Shown: in pieces, positions 1 through 9,304 of the stretch
Position numbering within the stretch: the first letter of the stretch is position 1
How the letters are laid out: the number at the start of each line of letters is the position of its first letter
From: Bdellovibrionota bacterium
Lineage (GTDB): Bacteria > Bdellovibrionota_C > UBA2361 > JBGSMV01
Direction: 5' to 3'
NCBI GenBank assembly: GCA_041739995.1
Contig: JBGSMV010000028.1
Coordinates: 1 to 40,817 of the forward strand
Length of the DNA: 40,817 bases
Notes under the pieces: model-generated
Databases searched by the model: none
Told to the model about the DNA's origin: nothing
Seen by the model: only the letters and a program-made list of their open reading frames with translations
Translations under genes and position numbers: made by a program

Positions 1-1316
1 TCCGAGAGACTGCCCCAAAACTCATCAATGGCAGTTCTCTTCGCCCGCTCCCGCTCCTCTAGCTGGCGCAGCCGCTCTAGTTCGCGCTCACTCACCCTGC
101 CCTGTTGCTTCTTCGCCGCCACCCGCTTCCGCACTGCCTGCATCTCAAGTGCATATTGCTTTGGCGCTTCGTAGCTCTCTTCAATAGATTTTATCAAGTA
201 CCCAGCCGGGTTAGATGAGACTCGGGAATCCTTACGATCCCGCATCCATGTCACCACCGATAACTTTTGCTCCACTACCTGAGCAGGATACTTCCCTACT
301 AACTCTGCAGCCTTTTGAGCTCTTACTCCAAAACTTACCAGAGCCCCTTCAAGCGACTGCGGTTGCGGCACTGCCAGACCCTCGTCCAGGTGCGCAGCGG
401 CTTTTCGCTTGAAACAAACCCGCCATACTCCCGGAGCTTGTTTCACAAAGAGCCTCTCCTTGGGAGTTGCCTCAAGATACCCTTTCGCAACAAGCTCATC
501 GATTGCTGATTTTAGCTTACGCTTCAGGTCCCCAGTGGGGCTATTTCGTGACAGCCCCACGTGCTCGTAGCACAGAGTCTTCAACTCATACTCCACCTCA
601 TCTGAATGAAAGAAACGTTTGTCCAAAAACCGGTAGAGCCGTTTTGCGACCGAGCTCTCAATTGAGAGAAAGAAATCATAATTGAGCGCCTTTACGTTTC
701 CGTTCTGAAAACTTCTAAACACCACCTCGTTCCACTCAAAGTACGACACGCACTGCTCGCCATCGACTTCCCGCTTCGCTTTGGAATCGACAATGTTCAC
801 CGTTTCGAGCATGTGAAAGCTCGAGTCTTGCCAGCAGCGGTTCTTACGATCGCGCCACGCATTCTTGTAGTACATCGTGACGCCCATCCAGCGCTTTAGC
901 GCCTGGTCAAGTCGCGCGTAACTTGCACCAGTCGGGGGCCACTTCAGAAGCTGCAACAGTTGGTAGCGCGTGAAGTACACACGCTTAGTTTCGAACTTTT
1001 GGATCTTTGAAAGTTGAATCAGGGCCAGCAACACCTCTTCATCAATCGGAGTGGGAAGACCAAAGGCGTCAGAGCCGGTGATGGTGACCTTTCTGGTAAT
1101 GTGCTCGTTCTTGCTGCGATCAAAGATCTTGTCTTCAAAGTGAATGGTCTTTACGGCCGGATTCGGTCGCTCCGAGAGAGCACTTAGAGGGAACTCGGCA
1201 AAGTTCAGCTCATCTTTGCCGTCGAGTAGACGGGCAGGAACTGCAGATACCAACTGCAACCTCGGTTGTACCAGGTCTGTTGGTAGAACTTCCCCTTCTA
1301 GAGCCTGATTTCCCAT
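1..1316 (-). CDS. repA: Plasmid replication initiator protein A (RPA family), 3' end truncated by window edge
   Basis: Manual translation from ATG at 1316: MGNQALEGEV...GKDELNFAEFPLSAL...GLPTPIDEEVLLALIQL...VYFTRYQLLQLLKW...YARLDQALKRW. Later NPAGYLIKSIEESYEAP, and the same frame is open at base 1. Iterons lie directly upstream. Confidence 0.9.
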   Translation of the reverse strand, partial: MGNQALEGEVLPTDLVQPRLQLVSAVPARLLDGKDELNFAEFPLSALSERPNPAVKTIHFEDKIFDRSKNEHITRKVTITGSDAFGLPTPIDEEVLLALIQLSKIQKFETKRVYFTRYQLLQLLKWPPTGASYARLDQALKRWMGVTMYYKNAWRDRKNRCWQDSSFHMLETVNIVDSKAKREVDGEQCVSYFEWNEVVFRSFQNGNVKALNYDFFLSIESSVAKRLYRFLDKRFFHSDEVEYELKTLCYEHVGLSRNSPTGDLKRKLKSAIDELVAKGYLEATPKERLFVKQAPGVWRVCFKRKAAAHLDEGLAVPQPQSLEGALVSFGVRAQKAAELVGKYPAQVVEQKLSVVTWMRDRKDSRVSSNPAGYLIKSIEESYEAPKQYALEMQAVRKRVAAKKQQGRVSERELERLRQLEERERAKRTAIDEFWGSLS

Positions 1317-1425
1317 TTCTATTTCCTCGAACAACAAGCGTGTTGTTTGTCTAAGTTAAAAGAACAAAGAGTTAATACATTAGACGCCGAGTTCACTCGT
1401 GTACTCGCGAAGTTACGGCGATTTT

Positions 1426-1799
1426 TGTGGCCCATACATCGAACTTTTGTGGCCCGTGCATCGAGCGCTAGACGAAATTTCGTGGCTCGTTGCTCGTACA
1501 CTCGTGGCTCGTGCATCGAGTGGAGCTCTCGACCGGTGGCTCGTTTATCGATAGGGGAGGCAGAGGATATGTGGCTCATACATCGGTACCACGCAGCTTT
1601 GGTGCTCGATCCACTTAGAGCTTTGTGAACGCAGCGGCTTCTTAGCGGTTTCCTTAGGTGAGCCCTAAAAGAGCTCAGCACAATTTGTGGCTCGTACATC
1701 GATAGGGATAGGTGAAGATGTGGCTCAGATATCGAGGTCTTAGGATAAAACGTGGCTCGTCCATCGAGTGTGGACTTAAAAGTGTGGCTCAGACATCGA
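1426..1799 (+). repeat. Iteron array (probable oriV): ten 17-bp direct repeats, consensus TGTGGCTCRTACATCGA
   Basis: Copies start at 1426, 1448, 1481, 1503, 1535, 1570, 1686, 1719, 1751 and 1783. Spacings within clusters are 22 or 32-35 bp (about 2 or 3 helical turns). Adjacent to repA and an AT-rich stretch at about 1317-1382. Confidence 0.88.
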
Positions 1800-1823
1800 G
1801 TCGTCTCGCCATATGGGTCTAAC

Positions 1824-1832
1824 TGTGGATAC
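1824..1832 (-). promoter_or_regulatory. Possible DnaA box (one mismatch)
   Basis: TGTGGATAC versus consensus TGTGGATAA, 25 bp beyond the last iteron. Confidence 0.4.
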
Positions 1833-1946
1833 ACCTTCCCCCTTGTCTTTTTTGGCTTGTCTCTGGCGGGGGATTTGGTAAGAAGGGGGATAACTAGTCA
1901 CCCCGACGTCCCGCTTTGAACTAGCCATCAAAGTTTCGTCGGACCC

Positions 1947-1976
1947 AAAAAGAGCACCGGCCAGGGTGCTTTTTTT
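1947..1976. terminator. Bidirectional intrinsic terminator
   Basis: AAAAAG-AGCACC-GGCCAG-GGTGCT-TTTTTT. Confidence 0.75.
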
Positions 1977-2665
1977 GTGCCTTTTGTAACGGATTTCTCA
2001 GGGCCAGCCGAGACTTCCGTTAGTTTAAGTCACTTGTACTTCTATCCATCCTTGAACCTAATGTCACCATGAATTTGGGTACTATCCCCTGCCCCGCTTT
2101 GCGGCCGAAGCTCCGGCAAGAAATGGCCCCTATGTCTGAAATTAGTTTTCTTATCGGGCAATTGTAAACCACACAGGCAGAGCCCTCCTTGCGTGGAACA
2201 TTTCGTGTTGCCGTTGGGGAAAACTGGCTTAAACCACCAGAAATTTGGCACTTCCAGTGCTGCGCAGAACCTTCGTTCGAAATGCGTGGAACACTTTTGT
2301 TTGCACGTAGTGGAAAGTGATCCGGATTTTTGGTTCGGCAAATATGCATCGCACCAACAGTGTTGGTACTTATTCCTATGGTGAGTCTTTTTCTCTCTGT
2401 TTTCGAGCACCGCCTCCCCCACCCCCTCGGCCGTCTGTAGTTGAATTCTGCGCTGAGTGAACTGCGCATTTTTGAAAAACAACGTCCCTGTCGTAGTTCG
2501 CTTTACCCGCGGCGAATTTTTGTGCCTGGCCATCAACCCACTTTCGCTGAAGGCCCACCAATCGCCGTGCATGTTTCTGACCGACTCTTGTTTCACCAAC
2601 ACAGTGTCGTTGAGCGGAGCTGCCCAGACAAGACTAAAACATCATAAACAGCAATTAAATTAGCT

Positions 2666-3128
2666 AGTTATGAACATCTCAACATCAGAATATTCCACTT
2701 TCATATCTTCAGAAGTTCGAGAGGTGTGAAGTTCGGAAGTTATGAACTTTGACTTTTCCTCAACTCGAGCGAGGGAAGTCTTTGCATCGAAGTGGTAAGG
2801 CAGCAATTTTCTAAAAAAGTCGCAATATATGAAGTTCTGAAGTTATGAACATCCGAAGTTCTGAAGCTCAGATGTTCATATCTTCTCGTGAGTTTGGATT
2901 CAAATGCGATATGAGGCCAGCTCAGGCCCGAAGTTCATATGTTCATATAATATGAATATATGAACATCATAAGTTCATAACATTCAAAGTTCTGAAGATC
3001 AGACAATCCGATATTATGAAATCATGAACATCAGAACTATGGACGTTCGAATAGTGCGAAGCTCTAAATGTTAGAAGATCTGAACTATCCAACTTCAGAT
3101 AGTATGAAGTTATGAAGTTCTGAACTTT
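2666..3128. repeat. Phased 8-bp tandem repeat array (consensus TGAAGTTM), probable partition centromere
   Basis: 3 units at 2727-2750, 7 units at 2830-2885, and about 25 in-phase degenerate units at 2929-3128. Lies immediately upstream of the parA operon. Confidence 0.75.
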
Positions 3129-3260
3129 CGATACTGCGACACGCAGCCTAACCACTGCTGTTATAAACGCTACTGCAGTGTGATAAATTAGTGTCTAGTG
3201 TGCTGAAAAGTTCTCTGTTATTCAGTTCCGTAGAAGATTTCCTACTTCTAGGTGTTGAAT

Positions 3261-3512
3261 ATGGACCGGGCCTCGCAAACAGCTTCCAAGATTGCGCCCC
3301 CACTGGAGCGCCGCAGCGCACCGCGTGCAGCTGACATCATGTCCGTACCAGACGCTTGTCGCTTCCTCGGCGTCCATCGCAACACTCTCTACAAACTTAT
3401 TCAGGCCGGGGAGCTCCCCGCGTTTCGCATGATGAAAGGCGGGCGCTGGAAATTTCGTCAACAAGAACTCGAGCAGTGGCTCGAAGATAAGCAATCGAGA
3501 GCGCGCCCATGA
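3261..3512 (+). CDS. Excisionase-like HTH DNA-binding protein (HTH_17-like)
   Basis: MSVPDACRFLGVHRNTLYKLIQAGELPAFRMMKGGRWKF. AGGTG RBS precedes ATG 3261. Overlaps the parA start (ATGA). Confidence 0.85.
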   Translation: MDRASQTASKIAPPLERRSAPRAADIMSVPDACRFLGVHRNTLYKLIQAGELPAFRMMKGGRWKFRQQELEQWLEDKQSRARP

Positions 3513-4330
3513 CCAAGATTATTAGTGTCGTGAACCATAAAGGCGGATGTCTGAAGACAACTGTGACGGCGAACCTAGGCGCTGCATTAGCACGCACCGG
3601 AAAGCGCATCCTCTTGGTGGATCTAGACGCCCAGCAGAATCTCACGCAGAGCCTCATCGGTCATGTGCCTTACAGCGAAGATTCGCCAACGCTCTACGAA
3701 GCTCTCATGGACGAAACTGGACTCGATCATCTGATTGTTCCCACCAGCACCCCTGGACTAGACATCATTCCTTGTACGGAAGATTTCGCCGGAGCGGACA
3801 TCAGTCTTGTCAGTGCGGTGGGCCGTGAGTTCATATTGAAGGGGTGCTTCGCCAAGACCAGAGCTCTCCCGAACTACGATCTCGTGTTGCTCGACAATCC
3901 TCCTTCAATCTCACTGGTGGTGATGAACGCCCTGGTAGCGAGCGACTACTTTTTCGTTCCTTGTAGCGCCGAGTACCTACCCATGGTCGGGCTTCACCTC
4001 CTGGGTGATTCGATTGGACGTATCCAGAAAATCGCTCCGGACCTTAGGCCCCTCGGTGTCGTGCTTACTATGTACTCGCGCAACGAGCGCATCTGTCGAG
4101 AAGTCGAGAAAACTCTTCAGAAACAACTACACGCCGATCTGTTCACCACTAAAATTCGGGTCAACACCAAGGCGAAGTCTGCACCAAGTGTGGGGAAAAC
4201 AATTTTTCAATACGAAGACTCTCCAGAGGGGAGGGGCACTCAGGACTTCACGGCGCTCGCAGAGGAATTTTTGGCAGAACTGGCTCGAAAGGAGCACGAC
4301 TCGAACTTGTCGGAGGTAGCAAATGGGTAA
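3509..4330 (+). CDS. parA: ParA/Soj family partition ATPase
   Basis: Deviant Walker A NHKGGCLKTT, LLVDLDAQQNLT, LLDNPPS. Confidence 0.95.
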   Translation: MTKIISVVNHKGGCLKTTVTANLGAALARTGKRILLVDLDAQQNLTQSLIGHVPYSEDSPTLYEALMDETGLDHLIVPTSTPGLDIIPCTEDFAGADISLVSAVGREFILKGCFAKTRALPNYDLVLLDNPPSISLVVMNALVASDYFFVPCSAEYLPMVGLHLLGDSIGRIQKIAPDLRPLGVVLTMYSRNERICREVEKTLQKQLHADLFTTKIRVNTKAKSAPSVGKTIFQYEDSPEGRGTQDFTALAEEFLAELARKEHDSNLSEVANG

Positions 4331-4895
4331 AGCTCCGATCACAGAAGAGGATCTTACACGCGGTCTTGAAGCCATGGGCGGATTTTCCAATCTTGGACAG
4401 AAGCCCCGCCGCGACAGCCCATTTGGCTCCGAATACGTTCGAAATCGGCCGGCAGAAACCAGCCCACCGCCGGTGCGCGCAAATCCGACCCCGACGCCAA
4501 CACGCGCCGATATTGTTCCGATGCCGAGCCCCAGATCTCAAGAACTCCCTCGTCCCGTGACACCCGCGGCGCCGATTGCATCACCCGTTGAATTACGGAA
4601 CCCAATTAGTGAACTGCCTCAGAGTCAGCCCAAGAGCGAAACGTATCAAGAACGAATTACCCTGCAGATGACCCCTGCAATGCGAGACCGCTTGAACGAG
4701 CTCGCACGCACATTGCAGCGCAAACGTCGAACCAAGGGCGAACGCATTACACCTAACACCATAATGCGAGTTGCGATTGAAAGTTTCATAGCCGGATTTG
4801 AGCCATCCCAGGTTCTAGGGGTAAGCTCCGAGGACGAACTGCTAAGCAACGTACTACTGGCTCGGAAGGGCAGGGGACTAGAAGGCCAAAGGTAG
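4323..4895 (+). CDS. Putative centromere-binding partition protein (disordered N-terminus, C-terminal ribbon-helix-helix-like domain)
   Basis: Overlaps the parA stop. Pro-rich linker, then ERITLQMTPAMRDRLNELARTL...ITPNTIMRVAIESF (strand-helix-helix pattern). Confidence 0.65.
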   Translation: MGKAPITEEDLTRGLEAMGGFSNLGQKPRRDSPFGSEYVRNRPAETSPPPVRANPTPTPTRADIVPMPSPRSQELPRPVTPAAPIASPVELRNPISELPQSQPKSETYQERITLQMTPAMRDRLNELARTLQRKRRTKGERITPNTIMRVAIESFIAGFEPSQVLGVSSEDELLSNVLLARKGRGLEGQR

Positions 4896-4983
4896 CTTCT
4901 TAGTTACCGTGCTTCCAATCACCCTTGGTACACGCAGTTCACTGTGGAGCGCCCCGAGCCCCAGGGAAATCCCCGCGACGGTT

Positions 4984-5073
4984 CCCGTCCGGGCACCCCT
5001 TTAAGCACACGCCCAACTGGTACCTTTCCATATCTGTTGTGGCCCTCCGGAGGCTCGATTGCCCCTGGCCTAA
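4984..5073 (+). repeat. 90-bp direct repeat A, copy 1
   Basis: Matches 10132-10221 with 4 mismatches. Confidence 0.95.
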
Positions 5074-5196
5074 TTACCTTGACGGCAAAGCAGGGCAGGG
5101 GAGCCTATTTAGAGCAACGCGTGAAAAAATGCTCGTCGATTTTTACCAGAGCAAATAGAACGAGCATTGTGTATCAACACGACAATGGGGACGGGT

Positions 5197-6435
5197 ATGA
5201 GAACTTATTCCTGCTTCTTCGGACTTATCGTCAGCATTTTTGTTTTTTCTAAGCTTGCCACTGCCGCGAGCTTTGATTGCTCCAAAGCAGCCACGCCGAT
5301 TGAACACATGATTTGTGATACTGCGGAAATCTCAGACTTAGATAGTGAGCTAGCAGAAGCACTTAAAGGTGCAATTAGCTCGAGTGCCGACGCCACGACA
5401 TTACGTGCCGAGCAGCGAGCTTGGATGAGGGGTACTCGCAATGTTTGCAGCACCCCGGCCTGCCTTGTTGACTCATACAGTACTCGCATTGAGGCCCTTA
5501 AGGGTACGCCCCCCTCTCAACCACAAGTGGCAGTTGCCTCTAATGCAGCAGTTAGCGCACAGGCGAGGGGCTCTCGTTCCTTTGATGACGATTTCGGCTA
5601 CAAAGCAATTAAGTTCGGAATGACTTACAGCGATATCGCCAAACTCGGCGTGTGCGACATTGACCTTCAGGCGCAAGAAGATGCGACTCGCAAGGAGACA
5701 ACAAGGAAGGCCGTGCTTCGGATGCGAGATCTTGCCACTGCTCTCGAATCATATCGACTCGACGAAGAGAAATACCGCAGCTGCGAGGGAAGTGCTTGCG
5801 ACGCATTCGCCGGTCCCCCCTATGATGGTAAGCCCAGTTCAGTTCGCATGGAAGCATTAGCTATCTCGAAGGATCGCTTCATTGCTCGCGCCTGGTCGGA
5901 CTCCCCGCCTAGTGACTTTGTGTACTGGGACAGCGCTTCCGGCGGACTTCTTTCGGAAGGGAGTAGCCTCTCTTCAGAATTTCCTCCGATTCCTGAGGCG
6001 CCCCCTGACGATCAGAGCGCCCGGCTCAATGACAGGACATTTGCCTCTGAAACCTGTTACGACATTGGTGGCAAACGAAGAGGCTTCACGCTCCGTTTCG
6101 AAGAAAAGTCACATCGCTTGGAGTCGATGGACATCGGCTTAGATGATTTCTCAAATGAACTTTTCGAGCGCTATGACTCTGCACTCGGGGAGAAATACCC
6201 ACGATTTGCCACTGTCTCAGATGCAGATCGCAGAGTATTTAATCTAGGAGGCAAGCGGATTGTGTGTAATCTCTTTAGGGAGGGGTCCGTGGCCCTTTGT
6301 GTCTTCCGAAATCCATTAACTCCAGCGGCTCCCCCGTCCATACAGCTGACTTACGTCTCACCACCCAGACTCGAAGGGTTCCTTTCGGGAATCGGGTTCC
6401 AGGGGAATATCAAACCAAAGGCTGAAGACTTTTAG
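5197..6435 (+). CDS. Secreted protein with N-terminal LprI (DUF1311) lysozyme-inhibitor-like domain
   Basis: Signal peptide, then ASFDCSKAATPIEHMIC...LRAEQRAWM...C..PACLVDSYSTRIEAL. C-terminal part not recognised. Confidence 0.8.
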   Translation: MRTYSCFFGLIVSIFVFSKLATAASFDCSKAATPIEHMICDTAEISDLDSELAEALKGAISSSADATTLRAEQRAWMRGTRNVCSTPACLVDSYSTRIEALKGTPPSQPQVAVASNAAVSAQARGSRSFDDDFGYKAIKFGMTYSDIAKLGVCDIDLQAQEDATRKETTRKAVLRMRDLATALESYRLDEEKYRSCEGSACDAFAGPPYDGKPSSVRMEALAISKDRFIARAWSDSPPSDFVYWDSASGGLLSEGSSLSSEFPPIPEAPPDDQSARLNDRTFASETCYDIGGKRRGFTLRFEEKSHRLESMDIGLDDFSNELFERYDSALGEKYPRFATVSDADRRVFNLGGKRIVCNLFREGSVALCVFRNPLTPAAPPSIQLTYVSPPRLEGFLSGIGFQGNIKPKAEDF

Positions 6436-6582
6436 TGGAGTGTTTTTTGGAGTGAGGGAGTGAGTCCGCCTATTAGAGGAAAATGCTCGTCGATTTCTTC
6501 CAATCGACATCTGGTTAGTTGTATTAGCAAGGTTCATTCACATGCCTTCCCCCTACAGTTCCTTCGACTGACTTAGAACCCT

Positions 6583-7695
6583 ATGGAAGTAAAAATTCTC
6601 ACCGTTATGTTCACTGACATGGAAGGCTTTACAGCCCGTTCAGGTGAACAATCCAGGGAAGGATTGGTAGAACTTTTAACCCGCCATAAGGCGCTGGTAG
6701 TTCCTCACATCGAGAAACACAGAGGGAAAATAATTAAGACTATTGGCGACGCATTTTTGGCTGTCTTTGAGAGTGCCACTGACGCTGTGTACTCAGCGAA
6801 GGAAATTCAGAACAGCTTAAGAAGTCATAACAAAGATGCGGAGAAGGGAAAGGCCATTAATTTGAAAATTGGTCTTAATACCGGAGAAGTTACTCTGCTA
6901 GATGGGGACGTGTTTGGAGAAGCAGTAAATATAGCCTCGCGTGTTCAAAACCTCGCTCCCCCTGGCGGGATCTTCTTTACCGAGGCCACCTACTTGGCGA
7001 TGAACAAAAACGAGATTCCCTGGATAAAAATGGGGGAGACTTCCGTCAAAGGAATCGTTGAGGCGATAAATCTTTTCCGCGTGCCTCAGCCATGGGAAAA
7101 ACAGGATTCAAGAGTCTCAGGCGGGCAGAAGAGCGCGCCATCTTCTAGGCGAGCGCTCGCAGCTACTTTCGACTTTTTTCTCATTGTAATGTTGATAGTT
7201 CTTCTAGGAGTCGCGGACAGTGCCGACGAATTTGAATCAAAGAGAAATAGTGCACTTGAAGCTGCATATCAAAGAGCCGAAAAATCAACCGCATTTAGGC
7301 GGGATATTCTAGACGACCTCTTGAATTCGCCGACAAATCCAGTCGCTCAAAAATGGGGAGGCGAACTTATGCTCCTTAAAAAGGAAAAAGAAAACTTTGA
7401 CGAAGACGACAGCAATTCCGTTCTCACCATGAGAATCATACTTTTCTTTTTCTTTGTTCTTTATAATTTTCTTACCGTGTGGCTTTTCTCTAGAACCATA
7501 GGAAAGGCGCTATTTCGACTAAAAGTGGTAAGGCAGGATGGGAAAGCGCTCGGGTTTAAGTGCGCCTTTGTTAGAGCAATTTCCTCGGTGCTGTCCGTTA
7601 TCCCGATTGGCATTGGCTATGTGTGGGGGCTTTTCAGTAAGAGCGGAAGAACATGGCATGACCTGATCTCAGAGACTCGGGTGATTAGGTCGTAG
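6583..7695 (+). CDS. Class III adenylate/guanylate cyclase fused to RDD membrane domain
   Basis: Cyclase motifs VMFTDMEGFT, KTIGDAFL, KIGLNTG, GDVFGEAVNIASRV. RDD motifs RRALAATFD, TIGKALFRLKVV, RTWHDLISETRV. Confidence 0.9.
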   Translation: MEVKILTVMFTDMEGFTARSGEQSREGLVELLTRHKALVVPHIEKHRGKIIKTIGDAFLAVFESATDAVYSAKEIQNSLRSHNKDAEKGKAINLKIGLNTGEVTLLDGDVFGEAVNIASRVQNLAPPGGIFFTEATYLAMNKNEIPWIKMGETSVKGIVEAINLFRVPQPWEKQDSRVSGGQKSAPSSRRALAATFDFFLIVMLIVLLGVADSADEFESKRNSALEAAYQRAEKSTAFRRDILDDLLNSPTNPVAQKWGGELMLLKKEKENFDEDDSNSVLTMRIILFFFFVLYNFLTVWLFSRTIGKALFRLKVVRQDGKALGFKCAFVRAISSVLSVIPIGIGYVWGLFSKSGRTWHDLISETRVIRS

Positions 7696-7745
7696 AGTTA
7701 AAGGACCTCGGCAGACCATAATGAAAACATTTTTTTGGAGAGCCA

Positions 7746-8183
7746 ATGCGTTTCTACATTGGAATAGTTTTTAGCCTTTTCCTTATTCTCCCTGCCCGGG
7801 CGTCTGCGGACCTTGATTCGCAAAAGACCGCCGAGAGAGCCTTAGCGAAGAAGCTTGAGGTCAGCCTTAAGTGTAAGCCGTCTCAGCAAGCTAACTGGGA
7901 ACCAAATTGCTTCTTATCATTTGAAGGTCTTGAGGTGGAGCTCGTCTCCATGCGTGCCAACGATTCGTATCCTAATATCTACGTGTGGAGCGTCGGGAAG
8001 GGACAGTCTGTGATGCCGCGGGGCGCTCGCTGTATTGAAGTTAAGTTCAAGCCGTCTCTGATTGGGTTGGGGCCTGACGAGACGACAAATCGCCCTTCCA
8101 TTCTTATTCACGGTTCTGGCGTTCTTGGGGCAGGCAGTGACTCTCAGTTTCGGGATAAGTGCTCCTTGAATGAGATTCCGTAA
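7746..8183 (+). CDS. Hypothetical secreted protein
   Basis: GGAG RBS, signal-peptide-like N-terminus, four Cys. Confidence 0.7.
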   Translation: MRFYIGIVFSLFLILPARASADLDSQKTAERALAKKLEVSLKCKPSQQANWEPNCFLSFEGLEVELVSMRANDSYPNIYVWSVGKGQSVMPRGARCIEVKFKPSLIGLGPDETTNRPSILIHGSGVLGAGSDSQFRDKCSLNEIP

Positions 8184-8207
8184 CTCGGCAACTTCCGCGC
8201 ATTATAG

Positions 8208-8573
8208 ATGCCTATGGAAAACCTTAAGCAATGGCACCGCACGTCTGTCGTAATCCTCTCGCTTCTCATCGGAGTAGGGGAGTGCTTCGCACAAGAGCGT
8301 GAGTGTAATTTTTCCGCGCTCATTGCCGAGGCTAGAGCGTCAGGGTGCGAGGCAGTTGATGCGTTCTCGAGCTCGTGGGTCGATAGGCTTGAGTATTGTT
8401 CAAGCTATCGAGAGGGAGCTCTTTTGATTTCTACCAAAGCCTCTCCCGCTACGTATATTTTCCAAGGAGTTCCCCAGGCTATGTGGACGGCATTTAAAGC
8501 TGCTCCATCTAAAGGTACTTTTTATTCTCAGACGATCCGCGGGAACCCGCGTTTCCGCATTCGGTGTGAGTAG
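8208..8573 (+). CDS. KTSC domain protein with signal-peptide-like N-terminus
   Basis: SSSWVDRLEY...TYIFQGVPQAMWTAFKAAPSKGTFYSQTIRG. Confidence 0.75.
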   Translation: MPMENLKQWHRTSVVILSLLIGVGECFAQERECNFSALIAEARASGCEAVDAFSSSWVDRLEYCSSYREGALLISTKASPATYIFQGVPQAMWTAFKAAPSKGTFYSQTIRGNPRFRIRCE

Positions 8574-8590
8574 GGCTCGGCTGACGAATT

Positions 8591-8938
8591 CTAGGGAAGT
8601 GATTTGATTGTATTGATGTCAGGCACTCCCCGTTTGCGTAAACGTGTATGTGCGATTCTAAATGCGCTGACGAAGATGATCGCGAATGGGGACAGGAACA
8701 TAACTATGTAGGCTATAAGCTCCTCGATTTGGCGACTTGTCCACGGAGGCACGAGGACATGTATACGTCGTTCGAATCGCTCCCATGTTGGGCTAATAAA
8801 TGGGAAGAATACGAGACCCACGATGATCAAGGCGCTTAAAAAGCACACCAGTACGGGGCGTTTTTCCTTTAGGTTGTAAAGGCACAGCCAGCACATGGCG
8901 CCGGGGAGAGCGAGCATCAACCAAAGGACGTAGACCAT
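8591..8938 (-). CDS. Small membrane protein (about 3 TM segments)
   Basis: Three hydrophobic segments. Confidence 0.6.
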   Translation of the reverse strand: MVYVLWLMLALPGAMCWLCLYNLKEKRPVLVCFLSALIIVGLVFFPFISPTWERFERRIHVLVPPWTSRQIEELIAYIVMFLSPFAIIFVSAFRIAHTRLRKRGVPDINTIKSLP

Positions 8939-9304
8939 AGGGGTTCTCTCTTACTTTCAGGTAACTATAGTCGTTTCGTTGCCTGGCCGGCTTTAGCAAC
9001 TTTCCATCTAAGCTACTAGTACCTCCTGAATTCAATTGTTTAGGGACGCCCCGTCCCCGTCTAAGAAGTCCCCTAGGAAGGCTTTCCGCATAATGATGGT
9101 GGCCCTTTGGAGCCCTATTGGCCCGGCATTCACAGAGACGAATTTAGAGAGAATGCGGAAGACATTTTTAACGTCTATAGAGGTACGATTATGATGAGCG
9201 CGTCCTGTCGCTAGGGATTAATCCCCGATTCAAAACCAGAGCACCCGTTCTCAAAATAGCATCATTTTCTTGGCTGACCCCTGGTTCCAGCCGATACTAC
9301 TCTC

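Noticed and set aside
215..685. Short plus-strand ORFs
   Set aside because: They are shadows antisense to repA.
1426..1799. CRISPR array
   Set aside because: Repeats are 17 bp and degenerate, with 5-18 bp gaps within clusters. They are adjacent to repA and there are no cas genes, so iterons fit better.
1319..1834. 171-aa and 93-aa ORFs over the origin
   Set aside because: They are translations of the iteron array with no protein-like features.
2190..2295. Two CGTGGAACA half-sites resembling chromosomal parS
   Set aside because: Only half of the 16-bp palindrome is present and there is no ParB CTPase in the window.
2020..2663. Several overlapping ORFs, including a 186-aa minus-strand ORF
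   Set aside because: No recognisable motif or clear RBS. Coding status cannot be supported.
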